A stretch of DNA of 62,821 bases from Chiloscyllium plagiosum. Lineage: Eukaryota. Under the pieces are notes generated by a model. That model saw only the letters and a list, made by a program, of their open reading frames with translations, made no database searches and was not told the origin of the DNA. This document shows, in pieces, positions 54,425-62,821 of the stretch (position 1 is its first letter; every line of letters starts with the position of its first letter). Where the stretch lies: positions 91,775,134-91,837,954 of the forward strand of contig NC_057718.1 of NCBI RefSeq assembly GCF_004010195.1, given 5' to 3'. Both the position numbers and the translations under genes were made by a program.

Positions 54425-55331
54425 TGGTGGATAGATTGTTGGGAAGCAGGCCAGTCCTTTTCTTGTTGACCACTGCAGGGGGCCATATCACCAGACTGGA
54501 CCCAGATAGCAGCTCAGGTCAGAGTTGTGCTCTAGGTTAAAAAGAGCTGCTGCTCACAATAGCATATCTCAGCCATCATCTTACTCTGCCTTCAGCATAA
54601 CACCCCTGCATGCTTCATGAGCACCAATCTCCATGGCCCTTCCTTCATGCAATTCAGCAGTGGGAAACCACGAGTTGATCATCATTTTGCCTAAACTCAA
54701 AACAGACACAGCACTTAAACTCTTCAAACACATTACTATGGCGATCAAGGCCACATACAATGGGCATGCTTCAGCTAGGTTGGTTTGCGTGCAGGTAACA
54801 CTCACATCATGCATTTATAATGGATGCATCTCATAGCTTCTAGCTTGCTATACTCATGTTCACCTTTGCACATACTTAGAGGCTGCCAGCTTCTGTGGCT
54901 TGCATTGCTTTTTAGTGCAGAGGTCAGTCCTGTACCTCTCATGAAACTAGCCCAGGAATAATAGGGATGTCAATCAATAAGTGATGTAGAGACATCAATT
55001 GAGGAGGGTGAAGTGGATGAGTGCCATTGTGTGCACATGATGCATGCAATAGTGAGAGCTGTACTCCATGAAACTCGTTGAGGTATGTGTGCAGTGTCAG
55101 ATTTAATGAACAGTGGCCTAGTGAATGAGAGGCAGCAGAGTAAAGATGGCAGCACTTTTCCTTCTAGAGTGTGTAAGATCACTGGCCTTCTTCCTACATT
55201 ACTGAGTGCTCCTTTTAACCTACAGCACAGCACTGACCTGAGCTGCTATCTGGGCCCAGTCTGGTGACATAGCCTCTTGCAGTGGTCAGCAAGAAAATGG
55301 ACTCCCCTGCTTCCCAACCATCTATCCACCA
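54425..55331. repeat. ~120-bp diverged inverted repeat pair (54425-54547 / 55208-55331)
   Basis: Manual alignment, about 15 differences over about 120 bp. Confidence 0.85.
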
Positions 55332-58300
55332 ACACCTCTCAGCCCCCGACTGGGAAGTGGGATACAAGCTTTCCGTTCTGACCCATCTCCTCAGTGTAAA
55401 TAGTTGGGTGTCACAGTTTAATAGACATTTTCTGGCTTGCAACCCGAGGTTGTGTACAGCTAGGTTTTAAATATGATGCCTGTAGTATGAATGCCACACA
55501 GTCTGAGCAATAGCAAGTGCTTCTGCCCTGCAATTCCATAAGAAGAGTGCCAAAGAGCTGGGTTAAATAATTAATGAGGTGAAAATCAGAAGAGTGAGAG
55601 AGAAAAATTGCTATGAGTCATGGCAGACCAGATGCCATACATCTCATTGCACCAAAACACTTAGTGAAAATGGGAAATTTCTGCCCCAAGCTTCCTTGGG
55701 GACCGCAGTAATGGGACTGAAACACTGAGGTTCCTTGTCCGGTGAAATGTTTCCAGTACCTAGCATGCAACTTCCAAACTTTATTTACACATCCTGGCTG
55801 CCTGAAAACAATGGCTTTATTTTGAATGATGGAGGCTTGGGAAGTAAACAACCCCTCCCCATATCAATCAACTTGGTACTACATTCTATAAAGTCATTAA
55901 ATACAATTCTCAAAAACAGCTATTAGCAGTGAATGATGGATGCAACAATCTTTATTCAAAAAAGAAGATATCACGCTGGTCAATCTACACTGGAGTAAAC
56001 CACCACTTAATTGGATACAAATTGCTACTAGACTGATCTTGGAGTTTCCCAAAACTGCTTGCGTCAGGGCACATGCGTAATGGCTTTATGAACAAATAGT
56101 TTTAAAAATACACACTCTTCAACTAAGTGTTGACTTCAAATAAAAGATACCATCAGCCTCTTCCACAAGCTTGGAAACTTAAGACAAATTGATAGGACAG
56201 CATCCTGGATAGTGAAATAGGCTCGTGCATGTACGACATTCAACATTTACTTTGACAAAATCAGCACTTCAACCTCTAGAATACTACCGACAAAATTAGC
56301 GAGTATTCAATTCCAATGACAAGCCAGATGAATCTGGAACATTCCCTTGAAATAAAGCTTCTTTTCCAAATGATTCCAACTTCTCCTTAAAAACTTGACA
56401 CTCAGAACACGGTTTAGAAAGCTGTTCTGAAAAAGTCACTGATCCAAAATGGTGATTTTCCTATCTCTCCACAGATGCTGCCAGACCTGCTGAGTTTCTC
56501 CAGCAATTCCTGTTTTTGTTACAGCTTATAAAGACTGAACTGCTAAAATAGGAGCTTGCCATCCAACTCATCTGACTTGTCAGAGGCGGAGAGTCCAAAT
56601 GTCATTGGCAAGCTATGTGCCTTGAGCTACAAGAAAGCTGTGAAGTCTTCTTTACTTAGACATGAGTTAGAACAATTACAGTACAAGAAGAGGCCCTTCA
56701 GGCGTCCAAGCCTACATTGACCCAGATACTCTATCTAAACTTGACAACTAATTTCCAAGGATCTGTTTCCTTCTGTCCCCTGCCCATTCATGTATCTATC
56801 TATCTAGATACATTTAAATGACACTAATGTGCCCGTCTCTACCACCATCACTGGCAAAGTGCTCCATGTACCTATGCATAAAGAACTTTCCACCCATATT
56901 CCCTTAAACGTCTCCCCTCTCACTTTGAACTTGAGACCCCTAATAATCGAGTCCCCCACTCTCGGAAAATGCTTCTTACTGTCCACCCTGTTTATACCAC
57001 TCATGATTTTGTAGACTTCAATCATGTCCCCACACGCCCTCAACCTCTGTCTTTCCAAATGAAAATAATCCTAATCTACTCAACCTCTCTTCATAACTAG
57101 TGCCCTCCATACCAGGCAACATCCTGGTGAATCTGCTCTGCACCCTTTCCAAAGCATCCACATCCTTCTGGTAACGTGCCGACCAGAAACATATGCAGTA
57201 TTTCAAAGGTGGCTGAACCAAAGTCCTATACAACTGTAACATGACCTGCCAACTCTTGTACTCAATACCCCATTCGATGAAGGAAAACATGCCATATGCC
57301 TTCTTGACAACTCTATCGACTGTGTTGCCACCTTCAGGGTACAATGGACCGGAACACCCGGATCTCTCTGTACATGAGTTTTCCTCAGGCTTTTCCATTT
57401 ACCATATAGTTCACTCCCGAATTGGATTTTCCAAAAGGCATCATCTTGCATTTGCCCGGATTGAACTCCATCTGCCATTTCTCCACCCAACTCGCCAATC
57501 TACCTCTATTCTGCTGCATTTTCCGACAGTCCACTCACTATCTGCTACTCCACCAATCTTCGTGTCATCTGAAAACTTGCTAATCAGACCACTTATACCT
57601 TCCTCCAAATCATTTATGTATATCACAAACAACAGTGGTCCCAACATGGATCCCTGTGGAACAGCACTGGTCACAGTTCTCCATTTTGAGAAAATCCCTT
57701 TCAATACTAATGTCTATCTCCTGCTGCCCAGCCAGTTCTCTATCCACCTAGCTAGTACACCCTGGACCCCATGCGACTTCACTTTCTCCATCAGCCGACC
57801 ATGGGGAACCTTATCAAACGCATCACTTAAGGCCACGTATATGACATCTACAACCCTTCCCTCATCAATCAACTTTCTTACTTCCTCAAGAATTCTATTA
57901 AGTTGGTAAGACATGACCTTTCCTGCACGAAAACCATGCTGCCTATCACTGATAAGCCCATTTTCTTCCAAATGTAAACAGATCCTATGCCTTAGTATCT
58001 TCCCCAGCAGTTTCCCTACCACTGACATGAGGCTCACCGGTCTATTATTCCTGGATTATCCTTGCTACCCTTCTGAAACAAGGGGACAACATTAGCAATT
58101 CACCAGTCCTCTTGTTCTTCACCCATGTTCAAGGATGCTGTAAAGCCATCTGTTAACGCCCAGCTGTTTCCTCTCTTGCTTCCTTCAGTAACCTGGGATA
58201 GATCCCATGTGGATCTGGGGACGCGTCCAGCTGAATGCCTTTTAGAATACCTAACATTTCCTCCCTCCTTATGCCAACTTGACCTAGAGTAATCAAACAT

Positions 58301-58659
58301 CTATTGCTAATCTCAACAACCGTCATGCTCCTCTCCTCTGTGAATACCGATGCAAAGGATCCATTAAGAATGTCATCCATTTTCTCTGACACCACGCATA
58401 ACTTCCCTCCTTTGTCCTAAAGTGGACCAACCATTTCTCTCGTTATCCTCTTGCTCCTTAATATGAATAAAAGGCTTTGGGAATTTTCCTTAACCCTGTT
58501 TGCTTAAGATATTTCACGACCCCTTTTAGGCCTCAAGTCCCTGTTTCAGATTGGTCCTACTTTCCCAATATTCTTCCACAACTTCATCTGTTTTCAGTCG
58601 CCTAGACCTTACGTATGCTTTCTTTTTCTTCTTAGTTAGTCTCACAATTTCACCTGTCA

Positions 58660-60585
58660 GAGTTTTGAGAAGATTTGTAGCTCAGGTTGAGGCTCTATAT
58701 GTAAATTTGCTTGCTGAGCTCGAAGGTTTGTTTTCAAATGTTTCATCTCCATACTAGGTAACAACATCAGTGAGCCTCTGGATGAAGCACAGGTGGTATA
58801 CCCACTTTCTATTTGTGTGTTTAGGTTTCCTTGGGTTGGTGATGTCATTTCCTGTTCTTTTTCTCAGGGGTGGTAAATGGGATCCAAGTCAATGTGTTTG
58901 TTGATGAAGTTCCGGTTGGAATGCCATGCTTCTTGGAATTCTCGCGGGGTCTCTGTTTGGCTTGTCCTACGATGGATGTGTTGTCCCAGTCGAAATGGTG
59001 TCCTTCCTCATCTGTATGTAAAGATATTAGTGAGAGTGGATTATGTCTTTTTGTGGCTAGTTAATGTTCATGTATCCTGTTTTCTGCCTGTTTGTCCAAT
59101 GTAGTGTTTGTTACAGTTCTTGCATGGTATTTTGTAAATGACATTAGTTTTGCTTGTTGTCTGTATCGGGGCTTTCAAGTTCATTAGCTGTTGTTTTAGT
59201 GTGTTGGTGGGTTTGTGGGCTACCATGATGCCAAGAGGTCTGAGTAGTCTGACAGTCATTTCTGAGATGTCTTTGATGTAGGGGAGAGCGGCTAGGATTT
59301 CTGGGCATGTTTTGTCTGCTTATTTGGGTTTGTTGCTGAGAAATTGGTGGACTGTGTTCATTGGGTAGGGGAGAAAGTGAGGTCTGCAGACGCTGGAGAT
59401 CAAAGCTGAAACTTTATTGCTGGAACAGCACAGCAGGTCAGGCAGCATCTAGGGAACAGAAGATTCGACGTTTCGGGCACAAAGAAGGGCATGTGCCCGA
59501 AACGTCGAATCTTCTGTTCCCTAGATGCTGCCTGACCTGCTGTGCTGTTCCAGCAATAAAGTTTCAGCTGTGTTCATTGGGTATCCGTTCTTTTTAAATA
59601 CACTGTATAGGTGATTTTCCTCTGCTCTTCATAATTCCTCTGTGCTGCTGTGTGTGGTGGCTTGTTGAAATAATGTTCTAATGCAGCTCCGTTTGTGGAT
59701 ATTGAAATGATTGCTTCTGTAATTCAGTATTTGGTCCGTATATGTTGTTTTCCTGTAGACGTTGGTTTGAAGTTCTCCATTGGCTGTTCGCTCTACTACG
59801 ATATCTCGGAATGGCAGTTTGTTGTTCATTTCCTCCTCTTTTGTGAATTTTAGGTCAGTAAGGGCATTATTGATGGTCTTGAAGGTTTCCTCTAATTTGT
59901 TTCATTTAGTGATGAAGAAGGTGTCATCCATGTAGCGGACCCAATGTTTGGGTTGGATAACTGGCAGAGCTGTTCGTTCAAGTTTCTGCATTACTGCCTC
60001 TGCTAAGAATCCTGATATCAGAGATCCCATGGGTGTTCCGTTGGTTGTCTGTAGGTTTTGTTGTTGAAGGTGAAGTGGGTGGTAAGGCATAGGTCCACCA
60101 GCTTGATGATATTGTCCTTGGTGGTGTGTGGTATATGTGTTTTTTTGATTCTTCTAATAGTGTAGTCAGTGTTTCCTTAGCCAGATTGATGTTGATGGAT
60201 GTGAACAGGGCTGTTATGTCAAAGGAGACCATTATTTCACCCTCTTCTATCTTGGTGTCTTTGATGGTCTTCAGGAATTCTTGGGTGGAGTGGATGGAGT
60301 GGCACGAGTCTTCTTCTAAGTGTTTTTGTGTTTGGTGTAGCTCCTTGGCCAATCTGCAAGTTGGTGTTCCAGGTAGCAAAACCTGGGTCTGAGGGGGCCA
60401 TTTGTATCCTATTTGGCACCCCCCTGAGAAAAAGAACAGGAAATGGCATCACCACAGGAAATGACATCACCAACCCAAGAAAACCTAAATACATAAATTG
60501 GAAGTGGGCCATATCCCCAGGGTTTCATCCAGAGGCTCAGTGATGATGTTATCTAGTATGGTGACAAAAAGTCTGAAAATGAACC
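58660..60585 (-). mobile_element. Penelope-like element with inverted pseudo-LTR
   Basis: RT VSFDITALFTSI, GTPMGS, WVRYMDDTF; GIY-YIG NVIYKIPCKNCNKHYIGQTGRK; pLTR at 58660-58870 and inverted copy at ~60418-60585; TSD TTCACCTGTCA at 58649-58659 and 60586-60596. Confidence 0.92.
59368..59569. mobile_element. Young fold-back element, perfect 78-bp arms
   Basis: Arms 59404-59481 and 59492-59569, 10-nt loop; TSD CTGTGTTCATTGGGTA at 59352-59367 and 59568-59583. Confidence 0.93.
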
Positions 60586-61105
60586 TTCACCTGTCATCCA
60601 TGGTTCACTAATCTTGCCACTTCTATCCCTCATTTCACAGGGACATGTCTATGCTGCACTCTAATTAACCTCTCTTTAAAAGCCTCCCACATATCTAAAT
60701 GTGGATTTTACCCTCAAACAGCTGCTCCCAATCCACATTCCCCAGCTCCTGCTGAGTTCTGCTATAGTTGGCCTTCCCCCAATTTAGCACTCTTCCTTCA
60801 GGACGACTCTCGTCTTTGTCCATGAATATTCTAAAACTTATGGAATTGGGATCATTATTCCCAAAGTAACCCTCAATGAAACTTCAACTACCTGGCCAGG
60901 CTCATTCCCCAACACCATATCCAGTATGCCCCCTTCCCGAGTTGGACAAATTACATGCTGCTCAATAAAACTCTTGTGGATGCTCCTTACAAATTCTGCT
61001 CCATCTAAACCTCTAACATTAAGTGAATCCCAGTCAATATTGTGAAAATTAAAATCTCCCATCACCACCACCCTGTTGATCCAACATCTTTCTATAATCT
61101 GCCTA

Positions 61106-61998
61106 CAGAGGAATCGTGACTTTCCAAAGGACACGGGTGGGGAGTATTTCATTCAGTTAATCGAATGCCAGGTAACATTGTTACGACATGGGGTAAACCC
61201 TCCTACTTAATTTAAACCAACAACACAGAAAAGATTTATCCTGTGCAGTAATCTGTGAAAATTCGAGAGGCCAAGAACTATTTAAAGTAAAAATTAACAA
61301 ATCTATTTCTTAAAAGTATAACAGGGAATAATTAACTAACAACTATTTACAACTCTTTCCTCTAAACTATCTTTTACCTTCCCCTTCTGTATACTAGTCG
61401 GATAAAACTCCCCTGATTACGTTTTCCCAAAAATTCAAGTTTTCAAAACCAGCCAGCTGTCAAATCTTCTATTTGGATTTTCCTGTGTCTTCTTTTCCTC
61501 TTCCTAGGTATTATGCTCCACAGGTCACGAATTGATAAAGGTAGCTTTAAGAGAGCTATTTTTTGGGCAATCGCTACATGCTGGTGGTGTTGCAGTTCTC
61601 CTCCCAACTGTTCAATTTTCCTCAGTCTTATGACCCCAAAGCATCGGATTGTGTCATTGGTTTTTAAGATTGTCAATATACTAAATTCAAACTTGACTGG
61701 AATTTGGTGTTTTTCGGGGTATAATTTAAACTCACTGGCCTAATTCAAATCTGTTTTTGTCTCCAGGCAACCAGCTACCCTGACTACCCCAGTAGCTGGA
61801 CCATATGTGACACTGTATCTTATTCAGAACATTCAGTGCTGTCAGGTAGTTCTGCTAGCTTTTAACTCTCTTAAAGGTAAAGTACAAACACACCTTCAAA
61901 ATAACATAGTTAGCCAAGCAAAGCATCGGGACCATGCGATCTTGTTTGGATAATCCGAAATTTGGTTAATCAAACACCAGGTAATCAAGGTTCCTCTG
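61106..61998. mobile_element. pogo/Tigger-like MITE interrupted by a solo LTR
   Basis: TA|CAGAGGAA...TTCCTCTG|GA terminal inverted repeats; host CR1 reads GCCTA/CATATTTG across it. Confidence 0.65.
61179..61903. mobile_element. Probable solo LTR
   Basis: Begins TGTTACGA, ~725 bp non-coding, flanked by ACAT on both sides; the 3' terminus is imperfect. Confidence 0.55.
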
Positions 61999-62265
61999 GA
62001 CATATTTGCACCTCTATCTCACGCTCGCTGTTGGGAGGTCTGTAATACAGCCCCAACATTGTTACTGCACCCTTCCTATTTCTGAGCCTCATATTTCCTC
62101 ACTGCTCAAGTCCTCCACAGTGTCCTCCTTCAGGACAGCTGTGATATTCTCTCTGATGAGCACTGCAACTCCTCCACTGCTTTCACCTCCTTCTCTACCC
62201 CGTCTGAAGTATCTATATCATGGGTATTTCGTTGGCAATCTTACCTTCCCTCAACCAAGTCTCAG

Positions 62266-62821
62266 TTGAGGGATTGCGAGGATGATTCAGGAGAAGAGCG
62301 AAAGTAATTGGGTGGTTGTTATGGGGGACTTTAACTTTCCAGATATTAACTGGGAAAGCTATAGCTCGAGTTCGTTAGATGGGTCAGTGTTTGTCCAATG
62401 TGTGCAGGAGGGTTTCCTGACACAAAATGTAGACAGGCCAACAAGAGGTGAGGCCATACTGGATTTGGTTCTGGGTAACGGCCAGGTGTTAGAATTGGAG
62501 ATAGGTGAGCACTTTGGGGACAGTGACCACAATTCAGTGACTTTTACTCTAGTGATGGAGAGGGATAAGTGTGCACTGCAGGGCAAGAGTTATAGCGGGG
62601 GGCAGGGAAATTATGATGCGACGAGACATGACTTAGGATGTGTGGCTTGGAAAAGTAAGCTTCAAGGCAAGGGCGTAATTGATATGTGGAGCTTGTTCAA
62701 GGAGCAACTATTGAGTGTCCTTGATAAGTATGTACCCGTCAGGCAGGGAGGAAAGGGTCGTGCGAGGGAGCCGTGGTTTAATAAGGAATTGGAATCCCAT
62801 GTTAAATGGAAGAGGGCGGCC
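62266..62821 (+). mobile_element. CR1 LINE, 5' truncated in the APE domain, continues past window
   Basis: VVVMGDFNFPDINW, RPTRGEAILDLVLGN, EHFGDSDHNSV; similar to the 7920-10841 family. Confidence 0.88.

Larger units (their letters stand above)
56665..62262 (-). mobile_element. CR1 LINE ORF2 split by nested insertions
   Basis: APE VVMGDFNF, PTREGGILDMVLGNE; RT QHGF, DAFDKVPH, VPQGSMLGPLLFVIYINDL, KFSDDTK; sequence resumes after both inserts. Confidence 0.92.

Noticed and set aside
57241..57909. 222-aa plus-strand ORF
   Set aside because: Antisense shadow of CR1 reverse transcriptase

Overview
Vertebrate genomic DNA, most likely a cartilaginous fish (shark), judged from the repeat complement (HE1/V-SINE-like SINEs with (TAATC)n tails, CR1-type LINEs, Penelope-like elements). 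The window lies inside one minus-strand gene, RALGAPA2 (Ral GAP alpha-2). Nine internal GT-AG exons (40955 down to 14375; 1724 nt) splice into one open frame that stops just before the GAP domain; the neighbouring exons were not found in the window. The introns hold a decayed Gypsy LTR element, many CR1 fragments, a Rex1/Babar LINE, Penelope-like elements, SINEs, a pogo/Tigger-like MITE and a solo LTR. Most notable: (1) Penelope-derived hammerhead-ribozyme cores and a family of short fold-back elements, including a perfect 78-bp-arm hairpin with a 16-bp target duplication; (2) two locally templated inverted duplications; (3) a 7-copy repeat/spacer array derived from one Gypsy LTR; (4) a doubly nested transposon complex at 56.7-62.3 kb; (5) an intronic E-box cluster around a candidate in-frame alternative first exon. 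All calls were made by eye without database searches; repeat boundaries are approximate unless a TSD is given.
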